Positions 8,933-17,560 of a DNA stretch of 50,466 nt are shown in pieces. Source of the stretch: Anaerolineales bacterium (GTDB lineage: Bacteria; Chloroflexota; Anaerolineae; Anaerolineales; Villigracilaceae); assembly GCA_031389865.1 (NCBI GenBank), contig JANMSY010000409.1, positions 1 to 50,466 on the forward strand, given 5' to 3'. Position 1 is the first letter of the stretch; each line of letters opens with the position of its first letter. The notes beneath the pieces were generated by a model. It ran no database searches. It was not told the origin of the DNA and was given only the letters and a program-made list of their open reading frames with translations. The translations under genes were made by a program, and so were the position numbers.

Positions 8933-10519
8933 ATGAATGAAGATCAAAACAAGTTGACACCAGAAAAAAACGCTGACTTGAAACCATTGCTGGAAGTCCG
9001 AAATATTACCAAGCAATTTCCAGGCGTTCTTGCTCTGGATGATGTTTCGCTCAAGTTCATGCCAGGTGAAGTACATGCAGTCGTCGGTGAGAATGGCGCT
9101 GGCAAGTCCACTTTGATGAAGATCATGGCTGGGGCATATATTGCCGATTCGGGAGAGATGTATTTGAGTGGCGAGAAAGTCTCCTTCTCACACCCGCAGG
9201 AAGCGCAGGCCAGGGGTATCACCATCATTTATCAGGAGTTTAATTTGCTTCCTGAACGCACTGTGGCTCACAACATCTTCCTGGGGCGGGAACCTTCGAG
9301 ATTTGGGGTCATCGATCTCCGCAGGATGAACAGGGACGCGGAAGAAGTACTGAAAGAGATCGGTGTGGAAAAAATGATCTCTCCGACCTCCCTGGCAAGC
9401 AACCTGTCGGTGGCAGAACAACAGTTGGTTGAAATCGCAAAAGCAATTTCCTTCAAGGCAAAAGTCCTGATCATGGATGAGCCGACAGCAGCGCTTACCT
9501 ATACCGAGGTGAAACTCCTCGCTGATCTGATCGGAAAATTGAGAGACAAGGGAATGGCCATCATCTTTATTTCCCACCGTCTCGTTGAAGTGTTTGACAT
9601 TGCCGAAAAGATCACTGTTCTTAAAGACGGACAATTGGTAAATACAGTTAATGCAGCGGATGTATCTCCGGCAGACCTGGTGTTCATGATGGTTGGGCGG
9701 ACGCTGGATCATTATTTCCCGCCGCTGGGAAATCCTGAGGACTTCGGGGATGTTGTATTGAAGGTAAGGAATGCATCGAACCACTTCCTAAAAGATATCA
9801 ATTTCGAGTTGCGCAGAGGTGAAGTGTTGGGAATTGCAGGATTACAGGGATCCGGACGCACAGAAATGGCTCAGGCAATATTCGGTGTGGTTCCATTCAA
9901 AATCGGATCGGTGGAACTGCATGGCAAAACGATCATCATAAAAAGTCCTTCTCATGCGATCAAAAATCGATTGGGGTTTGTCACCGAGGACAGGAAGGCG
10001 GAGGGAATTGTCCCCATGCAACCCATCCGGGATAACATGCTCCTGACTGTGCGATCCACCCAACCTGTTTTTGGTGCAATTTATCAGGATGGGATCAAGA
10101 AATCACGTAACCTTGTTCCGACCTTGGGCAAACAGGTGGATGTACGAACAGATTCGTACGATCGCGAAGCCCAATTCCTCAGCGGTGGCAACCAACAGAA
10201 AGTTGTTCTGTCAAAATGGCTGGCATCAGATGCTGATGTTTTCATTTTTGATGAGCCAACACGCGGGATCGACGTCGAGGCGAAAGCCAGTATTCACGAC
10301 ATGATCCGGGCTTTGACAAAACACGGAATCGCTGTACTTATGATCTCGTCAGAATTACCGGAGATTATCGGGATGAGTGACCGAGTTTTGGTGATGTGGG
10401 ATGGACACATAGTCGGTGAACTTCCTGCAAAATCGAGCGAACAGGAGATCATGTTGATGGCGACTGGTCGTAAAAAAGATGACGCAGCTCAGGCTCTTCC
10501 TGTGGCAGGAATGAAATAA
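8933..10519 (+). CDS. Sugar ABC transporter ATP-binding protein (CUT2, two NBDs)
   Basis: GENGAGKST, MDEPT, LSGGNQQK, FDEPTRGID. Confidence 0.95.
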   Translation: MNEDQNKLTPEKNADLKPLLEVRNITKQFPGVLALDDVSLKFMPGEVHAVVGENGAGKSTLMKIMAGAYIADSGEMYLSGEKVSFSHPQEAQARGITIIYQEFNLLPERTVAHNIFLGREPSRFGVIDLRRMNRDAEEVLKEIGVEKMISPTSLASNLSVAEQQLVEIAKAISFKAKVLIMDEPTAALTYTEVKLLADLIGKLRDKGMAIIFISHRLVEVFDIAEKITVLKDGQLVNTVNAADVSPADLVFMMVGRTLDHYFPPLGNPEDFGDVVLKVRNASNHFLKDINFELRRGEVLGIAGLQGSGRTEMAQAIFGVVPFKIGSVELHGKTIIIKSPSHAIKNRLGFVTEDRKAEGIVPMQPIRDNMLLTVRSTQPVFGAIYQDGIKKSRNLVPTLGKQVDVRTDSYDREAQFLSGGNQQKVVLSKWLASDADVFIFDEPTRGIDVEAKASIHDMIRALTKHGIAVLMISSELPEIIGMSDRVLVMWDGHIVGELPAKSSEQEIMLMATGRKKDDAAQALPVAGMK

Positions 10520-10520
10520 C

Positions 10521-11516
10521 ATGATGAACACCACCGTTTCCGGAAACCAGTTCAAAAATTTTTGGCGTTCGGTCCGCATCCCGCCTGTCTATATTTTTCT
10601 GATCGCCATCTTCATTTTTGGTGGGATCCTCGATCGGGTCTTCTCTGATGGTCAGGTCTTTACCAATCGCGCGATCCAGTTGAATATCCTTGTCCGCTCT
10701 GTAGCCCTGGGAATCGTAGCAGTTGGACAGACACTTGTAATCATTGGCGCATCCATTGATCTGTCAGTAGCGTATGTGATCAGCATCACTGCGGTAATGT
10801 CTTCCTACATCATGCAGGGGGAGGCAGCCAACGTACCCAAGGCCATCGTTGTGGTATTCGCGATTGGTGCATTGATCGGTCTGGTGAACGGGCTGGTCAT
10901 CACAAAGCTGCATGTCAATTCCTTCATTGCGACTCTCGGAACCAGCCTGGTCGTAAAAGGTATCATCAATGCCACCTTCTCCAACTATACCGGAAGTGTC
11001 CCCAAGAGTTTTCAGTATTTTGGATATGGAACCGTCGGTCCCATACCGGTCGCGATCATAGTTCTCCTGGTCATCGTGATCGCTGGTTGGTTATTGCTAA
11101 CAAGGACAAAATTCGGCTCGCACCTTTACGGTGTGGGCGGCAACGTCGAAGTGGCGCGGCTTTCAGGGCTAAGAACAGACCGGGTGTTGATCGGGGCGCA
11201 TATTCTTTGCAGTATGTCTGCTGTATTGACAGGTCTCTTTTTGGTCAGCAGGCTCCAATCTGGAGCTCCCTGGGTAGGGCCAGATGGTTTATACGATCTG
11301 GAATCCGTCGCCACAACCGTTGTGGGCGGAACAGCTCTAGCCGGTGGTAAAGGCGGGGTATGGGGTACTCTCGCCGGTGTTTTGATCTTCGGGGTTCTGG
11401 ATACCGTTTTCAACCAGTTAGGCGTGAACCCATACCTAAAAACTGTCCTGCGCGGTGCGATAATCGTTTTAGCCGTGGCGAGTTATACATACCGCTCGAA
11501 AAAAGAAGCGGCTTAA
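10521..11516 (+). CDS. Sugar ABC transporter permease (RbsC-like)
   Basis: IDLSV, NSFIATLG, GGN...ARLSG, VVGGTALAGGKG. Hydrophobic. Confidence 0.93.
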   Translation: MMNTTVSGNQFKNFWRSVRIPPVYIFLIAIFIFGGILDRVFSDGQVFTNRAIQLNILVRSVALGIVAVGQTLVIIGASIDLSVAYVISITAVMSSYIMQGEAANVPKAIVVVFAIGALIGLVNGLVITKLHVNSFIATLGTSLVVKGIINATFSNYTGSVPKSFQYFGYGTVGPIPVAIIVLLVIVIAGWLLLTRTKFGSHLYGVGGNVEVARLSGLRTDRVLIGAHILCSMSAVLTGLFLVSRLQSGAPWVGPDGLYDLESVATTVVGGTALAGGKGGVWGTLAGVLIFGVLDTVFNQLGVNPYLKTVLRGAIIVLAVASYTYRSKKEAA

Positions 11517-11528
11517 GGAGTGGACCGA

Positions 11529-12533
11529 ATGACAGCATCTACCGCAAACTCACCGGCCGGGTCTGCCAAATTCCTCCGCTTCGTATCGGAGGGAATCAAG
11601 AGGATCCCGCCTGTATATCCGGTGTTCTTCATCATATTTATCAGTCTCGGGTTTCTGAGTGAAAGCTATCAGACTACACCCGGGATCATGACATTCCTCC
11701 GACGGACTTCACCACTGGCGATTCTCGCCATCGGGGAAATGATGGTTTTGGCATCCGGAGGGTTTGACCTCTCGATCGGTTCCATTGTCACAATGGTCGT
11801 CCTCGGGAGTTCGCTCATACTTAATAACGATCCAGCCATGGCTCCTCAGGCAATCCTGGTCATGCTTGGATTAGGATTGGTCATCGGTCTGGTAAATGGA
11901 CTGGTGGTGAGCTATTTAAAGATCCCCTCTTTCATCGCCACTCTTGGGATGATGCTCCTCGTAAAGGGCGGGGCACTCTATTGGGTTGGAGGTGCGCCAA
12001 GAGGATACTTAACAGACAATTGGCGTGCGTTTGGCAGAGGCTATTTTGAAAACGTTCCGTTGGTGGGCAGGTTCCCCTATGCGCTGTTGATCCTGCTCGT
12101 GATCGCAGTACTTTCCTACTTCATCTTTCATCGGGCAAATTTTGGAAAACAGGTGCTTGCGATCGGTGATAACGTGCGCGCAAGCCAGCTTTCAGGTGTC
12201 AAGGTCCGCTTGGTTCGTGTGATGACTTTTGTCATTTCATCACTCTTTGCAGTCATCGCTGGGATTATGATCGGTGGATTTGGCGGCGTGAACGTGACGA
12301 TCGGTGAGGGACTGGAGATGCAGACGATCGCTGCCTGTGTCGTTGGTGGGGCCCTCATGCTGGGAGGCAAGGGTTCAGTGCCAAATGTGATCTTTGGCGC
12401 ATTTACCATGGAAGCGGTGTTCAGCCTGCTTAACCTGTTGGGTTTGCCCAAACCGTACAAGGACGCCGTTCAAGGATTAATCATCATTGGTGCCGTGGCT
12501 TACGTTGCTTTCAGTACAAGGAAGAAAAGATAA
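11529..12533 (+). CDS. Sugar ABC transporter permease (RbsC-like)
   Basis: GGFDLSIGS, PSFIATLG, GDN..ASQLSG, VVGGA..GGKG. ATG at 11529 after aaggag. Confidence 0.93.
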   Translation: MTASTANSPAGSAKFLRFVSEGIKRIPPVYPVFFIIFISLGFLSESYQTTPGIMTFLRRTSPLAILAIGEMMVLASGGFDLSIGSIVTMVVLGSSLILNNDPAMAPQAILVMLGLGLVIGLVNGLVVSYLKIPSFIATLGMMLLVKGGALYWVGGAPRGYLTDNWRAFGRGYFENVPLVGRFPYALLILLVIAVLSYFIFHRANFGKQVLAIGDNVRASQLSGVKVRLVRVMTFVISSLFAVIAGIMIGGFGGVNVTIGEGLEMQTIAACVVGGALMLGGKGSVPNVIFGAFTMEAVFSLLNLLGLPKPYKDAVQGLIIIGAVAYVAFSTRKKR

Positions 12534-12690
12534 TCCATCTCAGACAAACTCGCTGGTTCTTTGATTCGATATATCCACCAGGCGAGAATTTGGATATAGG
12601 AGGTGATGCACACATAATAAGTGAACGGATAAGGTTTACGTATCAGCACATTAATCAACATCTAGCTACAATCTGATAGGAGAAGAACAG

Positions 12691-14010
12691 ATGAAAAAAA
12701 GTATTATGCTCTTTGCCGTACTTGTCATGCTGCTCGCAGCTTGCCAACCCGCGGCCGTTGCCACGAAAGCCCCGGTGGTCGATGAACCTGCAATGACGGA
12801 TGCCCCTGCGGCGACTCAAGCGCCTGTAGAAGAAGCCCCTGTCGCTGAGAATCCTGGTTTGCAGATGGATTCAGCCACGGTAGCAGCGCAATTCTTCAAT
12901 GATGAGGATTATGCCACCTCCCTGGATCTAATGACCAAGGAAGCATTGAATCCGGATGCCCCGCTCTATCTGCAGTACCTTGTTGAGGATCCCACGGATA
13001 TCACCAAGTATCCGCAATATGCTGCATTCGCTGAGAAGGAAGCCCCCTACGATATCTGTTTCTCAAATGCAGGTGTAAATAATCCCTGGCGTGTGGTCGG
13101 TTATGTTTCCATGCGTGAACAGGTTGAGCAGCTCCGCACAGAAGGTCTCGTCCAGAACTTCTATCACCTGGATGCCCAGGGCAATGACGCAAAACAGATC
13201 GCTGATATCCAGGACCTGATCAACACCCCAGACAAATGCGATATCCTGATTGTTGCTGCGAACACCAGCGATGCCCTTACCCCCATCGTGGAAAAGGCTT
13301 GTGAAGTGATGCCGGTGGTTCAGTTCGATCGCTATGCTCAAACCGACTGCCCCGTCGTCTCTGAACGTCCGATCGGCGGATATGCCTTTGGTATTTCCGG
13401 TGCCCAGTTCGTAGTCGACAACATGCCCGAAGGTGGAAATGTTCTCGCCTTCCGCATCCTCCCTGGTGTGGACGTGCTTGAACAACGCTGGGGTGCTGCC
13501 CGCAAGATCTTCGAACAGAATCCCAAGTTCAACGTCATCGGTGTGGAATTTGTTGCCTACGACAGCTTCAAAGCCAGCACGGTTGTGACCGATTACATTG
13601 CCAAGTACGGCACCATCGACGCGGTCTGGATGGACGCGGGTGGAACCGCTGTCGCCATTCTCGAAGCCTTCGAAGATGCCGGACTCCCCGCACCGAAGGT
13701 GATGGTTGGTGAAGATCAGCAGGATTACCTCGAATACTGGAAAACGAACAATCTGACAGCGATTGCTCCCACCTTCCCCACCTACCAGTGGCGCACCGCA
13801 GTACTTGCCTCTGTTATGTTCCTCGAAGGTGAGACCGTCCAGCACAATTGGGTTCTTCCTCAGCCGGAAATCACCGCTGAAAATCTGGATCAATACATCA
13901 CCGCTGGCATGCCCCCGCTCCACTATGTTCTCTCTGGCGGCGAAGACATGACCAATTGGCCGGATGCTTGGAAGAATGTTGATGTAAACAAGTACGTCGA
14001 CGTTCCATAG
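12691..14010 (+). CDS. Sugar ABC transporter substrate-binding lipoprotein
   Basis: Lipobox LAAC, Ala/Pro/Thr/Glu linker, NPWR, KQIADIQDL and PVVQFDR (Peripla_BP_4-like). Confidence 0.9.
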   Translation: MKKSIMLFAVLVMLLAACQPAAVATKAPVVDEPAMTDAPAATQAPVEEAPVAENPGLQMDSATVAAQFFNDEDYATSLDLMTKEALNPDAPLYLQYLVEDPTDITKYPQYAAFAEKEAPYDICFSNAGVNNPWRVVGYVSMREQVEQLRTEGLVQNFYHLDAQGNDAKQIADIQDLINTPDKCDILIVAANTSDALTPIVEKACEVMPVVQFDRYAQTDCPVVSERPIGGYAFGISGAQFVVDNMPEGGNVLAFRILPGVDVLEQRWGAARKIFEQNPKFNVIGVEFVAYDSFKASTVVTDYIAKYGTIDAVWMDAGGTAVAILEAFEDAGLPAPKVMVGEDQQDYLEYWKTNNLTAIAPTFPTYQWRTAVLASVMFLEGETVQHNWVLPQPEITAENLDQYITAGMPPLHYVLSGGEDMTNWPDAWKNVDVNKYVDVP

Positions 14011-14035
14011 ACATTCAGTAAATAACACGGCACGT

Positions 14036-14069
14036 ATGAGCCCGCTCGAGTTTCGGGCGGGCTCATTTT
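14036..14069 (+). terminator. Strong hairpin after the SBP gene (terminator or 3' stabiliser)
   Basis: atgagcccgctcga / tcgggcgggctcat followed by a short T run. Confidence 0.75.
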
Positions 14070-14107
14070 CAAGCAAGGGTTAAATTCATCAAAGGAGCTC
14101 GATAACC

Positions 14108-15001
14108 ATGATCGAAATTGGTTTTCATACGGACGCGTTCAATAGCAGCTATTGGAGTTTCGAGCAGAGTCTCCAATGGGCTCAGAAAAATGATGTACAT
14201 TGGATCGAATGTGGCATGATCGATGGGGTAAGCTGGATCCACGGACTTGGGTATCAGCCTCATGTCGCCATGTGGGAAGACCCCATGATGTGGCGCGAAA
14301 AAGCCGCAAGCTATGGAGTTAAGTTCTCACAAATTGATGCAGCCTACCCAATGTCTTTGCCGAACGGAACCAGTCTGGGAGTCGAATATGTACTTAGGAC
14401 GATTCGCTGGGCGTACCTTGCCGGATGCGACCACATCGATACAACAGATGATCGTTTTGCACCGAAAGGTGTTACGGACGATGTTGCACTGGAAACGATG
14501 AAGCGCGCATATCAGCAGATCATTGAAATCGCTGAACGCTATAAAATGATCATAGATATCGAGCCTCACGGGTATTACACAACCAAGCCCGAGTTCATGG
14601 AGAAAATGCTCGCGTTTGTCGACAGCCCATATCTTCGCATGAACATGGACACCGGAAACACCTTCATCGCCGGGCAGGACCCCGTCCAGTTTCTAAAAAA
14701 GTTCCAAAACAAGGTCAGTCATGTTCACGTAAAGGATGTCAGCGATACGCTGGCTGCTTCGTTGCGCGGTGAACTAACCGGCATTGCCGTGAGCCAGTGC
14801 GCGATCGGAGATGGCGTAAACACCGAGAACATCCGCAAGTGTTTCGATATTCTCGTCGATATTGGTTACAAGGGTGTTGTGAGCCTGGAATGCGAAGGGC
14901 AAGGTGGACCGCTGATCGAAAAGAGTCTGGCATTTGTGCGTGAGCTGGTAAAAGATGCCAATGATCGCACGGTCGAAAAAGAAAGTTTGTTGGCATCCTA
15001 G
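14108..15001 (+). CDS. Sugar phosphate isomerase/epimerase TIM barrel (IolE/MocC-like)
   Basis: IEPH, NMDTGN, HVHVKD, SLEC. RBS aaggag. Confidence 0.85.
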   Translation: MIEIGFHTDAFNSSYWSFEQSLQWAQKNDVHWIECGMIDGVSWIHGLGYQPHVAMWEDPMMWREKAASYGVKFSQIDAAYPMSLPNGTSLGVEYVLRTIRWAYLAGCDHIDTTDDRFAPKGVTDDVALETMKRAYQQIIEIAERYKMIIDIEPHGYYTTKPEFMEKMLAFVDSPYLRMNMDTGNTFIAGQDPVQFLKKFQNKVSHVHVKDVSDTLAASLRGELTGIAVSQCAIGDGVNTENIRKCFDILVDIGYKGVVSLECEGQGGPLIEKSLAFVRELVKDANDRTVEKESLLAS

Positions 15002-15017
15002 AACATTCGGAGAAAAC

Positions 15018-15845
15018 ATGGGAAAAATCTTTCTGGGTATAAATATGGAGTTTGTCAGAACTCACGACAAACCCTTTGAGTGGGGCGTAGCCAAGGCAGC
15101 CGAAATCGGCTATCAATACGTTGAACCGATGGTTCATTGGGGACGTGAACTATTGAGCGAAGCCAGGTATTTTCATAGTGTTTCGATGTACGATGATCCG
15201 CGTTGGGCACGTGACGTCTGCGAAAAGCATAATATCAAGATGTCCGGGCTCTCTTCTCATACTCCCTTATGCAAACCTGAGATCAGCGTGGAATATTTGA
15301 AACAGGCAATTCGCTGGGCCTCGGATGCCGGCGCACCTGTGGTCAATACGGATGAGGGTCCAAAACCGGAGTGGACAACCAAAGAGATGGATTACCAATT
15401 GATGACCTATACACTGAAGGAAGCATCAATGGTCGCGGAACGTTATGGCATCAAGATCGGCATTGAACCACACCAGCAGTACAGCAAGTCGCAGGAAGGA
15501 CTGGATAGCATCTTTGACCTGGTGAAATCCCCGGCAATCGGCATCAACTATGATACTGGCAATAGTTATCTGGCCGGCACCACCGACACGTATGAATGGT
15601 TGAGCCATGTGAACGATCGCCTGGTTCATCTGCACGCAAAAGATATCAGTTTTTCCCAAAGCGCTGCCGAAAAGGGAAAAACCACCGGAACTCCCGTCGG
15701 TTGCGCATGCGGCGATGGAGTTGTCGATTGGAAAAAAGTGATCGACATTGTCAAAACATGCCGAACGGATATTGTTTTCAGTGTTGAATGCGGCACTGTT
15801 CCGGATGCTATTCGGAGTTTCGAGCACCTTAGCAAGTTGATTTGA
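15018..15845 (+). CDS. Sugar phosphate isomerase/epimerase TIM barrel (paralog of the upstream gene)
   Basis: IEPH, NYDTGN, HLHAKD, SVEC. ATG at 15018 with ggag RBS (ORF track starts at 14955). Confidence 0.85.
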   Translation: MGKIFLGINMEFVRTHDKPFEWGVAKAAEIGYQYVEPMVHWGRELLSEARYFHSVSMYDDPRWARDVCEKHNIKMSGLSSHTPLCKPEISVEYLKQAIRWASDAGAPVVNTDEGPKPEWTTKEMDYQLMTYTLKEASMVAERYGIKIGIEPHQQYSKSQEGLDSIFDLVKSPAIGINYDTGNSYLAGTTDTYEWLSHVNDRLVHLHAKDISFSQSAAEKGKTTGTPVGCACGDGVVDWKKVIDIVKTCRTDIVFSVECGTVPDAIRSFEHLSKLI

Positions 15846-15853
15846 TGTCAATG

Positions 15854-15884
15854 ATGGGAATGGCGGCGGACGTGCCATTCCCAT
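15854..15884 (+). terminator. Hairpin ending the sugar operon
   Basis: atgggaatggc / gccattcccat 11-bp stem with a weak U-tract. Confidence 0.6.
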
Positions 15885-16114
15885 GTTGCGTACCGATCTC
15901 ACTAACGAGAGTATCAGCAGATGGGTGTCGAGGAATTTCTCTACCCTCTTGTTGTAGTGTAGTGGATTTATTGACATACTCGGAAAATAATTTTCGACCC
16001 AACAAAGGATTATTCAGAGCTCATTGTAGTCCTCACGGCTCCCCGATACGTATGGCCTCAGGGCTGCGAAAAATCGCCAAGCCGTGAGATTTACAGTGCC
16101 AAATTTCTGAAAGT

Positions 16115-16158
16115 GGTTCGGGTCCGTGAGGTCGAGAGTTCGAGTCTCTCCACCCCGA
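16115..16158 (+). pseudogene. 3' half of tRNA-Pro(CGG), putative att-site remnant
   Basis: Anticodon loop ttCGGgt (16117-16123), ccgtg, variable loop aggtc, T arm gagag-ttcgagt-ctctc, acceptor strand caccccg-a. No 5' acceptor strand or D arm upstream. Confidence 0.85.
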
Positions 16159-16182
16159 CAGATCGCACGACAGATAGCAAGT

Positions 16183-16210
16183 AGACTCCCAAACCCAGGG
16201 AGTCTTTTTT
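16183..16210 (+). terminator. Intrinsic terminator following the tRNA fragment
   Basis: agactccc-aaaccca-gggagtct-ttttt. Confidence 0.85.
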
Positions 16211-16282
16211 ATTATATTAATCCCGCTAAAAGAATGAGGACGAAGTCATTATATCGGCCATTGAATCTGGGTTTACGGTTCT

Positions 16283-16310
16283 GTAACCTTTCTATTGTGG
16301 GGGCGTCTTA
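16283..16310 (+). promoter_or_regulatory. ECF-sigma-type promoter P1 (GTAACC-N15-CGTCTT)
   Basis: The same motif with identical spacing recurs at 16382 and 42877. Confidence 0.7.
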
Positions 16311-16381
16311 GAAATAGTATATACAAGGCATTTAAAGTGGTTACCGAGCAAATGGGCCCCAGGCTCACAGCCTGCATTTTA

Positions 16382-16409
16382 GTAACCTTTTTGCCATGAA
16401 AGCGTCTTA
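16382..16409 (+). promoter_or_regulatory. ECF-sigma-type promoter P2 (GTAACC-N15-CGTCTT)
   Basis: gtaacc tttttgccatgaaag cgtctta, 99 bp after P1. Confidence 0.7.
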
Positions 16410-16486
16410 TAAACGATAGGGACATTTGATTGTTCCCTTATCCAAATTTACTGGTACGCAATTATCTAGGTGAGATGGAGGGCCGT

Positions 16487-16996
16487 ATGCTGAGCTGGTA
16501 TGTAATGCGTAGCAAGCCGCAAAAGGAGGAATGGTTATATAACCAGCTTCGTGCGCTCCAATTTGGAGCTTATTACCCATGTTTGAGTACGAGCCATGGA
16601 AAACCTAACTCTCATAAATCCAAACCATACTTTCCTGGATATTTATTTGTAAATGTGGATCTTGAGCTGGCTGGAATATCAATATTGCAGTGGATTCCTG
16701 GATCCCTGGGGTTGGTCGCTTTTGGTGGGGAGCCAGCCGATGTTCCAGATGGGCTGCTGCAGAGGATCCGCTATCGCGTTGCTGAGATGAACGGTGCGCA
16801 GGATAACATGCTGGAAAGTTTAAAATCCGGTGACAGAGTCATGATCCACTCCGGACCTTTTGCGGGTCGTGAAGCCATCTTCTGTGATCGACTGCGCGAT
16901 CGAGAGCGTGTACAGCTACTTTTAGAAGTGCTTCAAGATCAGACCATCAGAGTTAATGTATCGTCACGCGAAATCAGAATTACAAGACAAAGTTAG
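16487..16996 (+). CDS. Specialised NusG paralog (RfaH/UpxY/LoaP-like antiterminator)
   Basis: WYVMRSKPQKE, PYFPGYLFV (NGN domain) and KOW GDRVMIHSGPFAG. ATG at 16487 after ggagg. Heads the polysaccharide locus. Confidence 0.9.
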   Translation: MLSWYVMRSKPQKEEWLYNQLRALQFGAYYPCLSTSHGKPNSHKSKPYFPGYLFVNVDLELAGISILQWIPGSLGLVAFGGEPADVPDGLLQRIRYRVAEMNGAQDNMLESLKSGDRVMIHSGPFAGREAIFCDRLRDRERVQLLLEVLQDQTIRVNVSSREIRITRQS

Positions 16997-17560
16997 TTGC
17001 CCTGTAATCTACAAAGTGACCATGAATTAATAACACGCAAGGAGTGGAATGCAACAGTTTTCCATGACGCGCCCTCCTAGATTTCCTTGACCTACATCGT
17101 GGCGCTGCTTCAGCAGTGTTTCCTAACGTCGCTCGGTCCAACTACATCGATCGTGATAATCTGCTGGAAAGGGTCATGGCAAAGTTGCTTGTGTCAAAGC
17201 AGCTTGATTGACTCTTTTCGGTTAATCATTTTCTGAAGTGTCAGACTGCAAAATCAAAATAGAAATTAATTCCAAAGCAGCAGACTTCTATTTTGTGTCA
17301 AATAATATATTGCCAACATTTTCTTAAGTGTTGGGTGGCGGAGCATTGATTTTTGTAGCAATGCCTGCTGTTTGGGAAAGAAGGATGAATCGTTGATGAA
17401 TGAAGCCAGATTTTTTAACACTTCGGGCTGATCGTTTCACTGCCCATTAATTACTTTTTTCCTTCGTGGGCAGTTATGTTGCCGTGTAAACGCAGCCTTC
17501 ATCTTTATCCGGACTTTGAGACAGTGAAACATGCTAGGTTGTTATTGATTGGAGGAAAAG

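Noticed and set aside
13063-14076. 337-aa minus-strand ORF
   Set aside because: It is an antisense shadow of the codon-biased SBP gene with no recognisable motifs.
16085-16160. Intact functional tRNA-Pro gene
   Set aside because: There is no 5' acceptor strand (cggggtg) or D arm, and the 5' side of the anticodon stem is broken. Only the 3' half is present.
15842-16311. ORFs 15842-16087 and 16126-16311
   Set aside because: They overlap terminators and the tRNA fragment and show no protein-like features.
17170-17215. c-di-GMP-I riboswitch (ggcaaa plus hairpin)
   Set aside because: It lacks the GNRA tetraloop and the downstream GACGCAAA/P3 elements.
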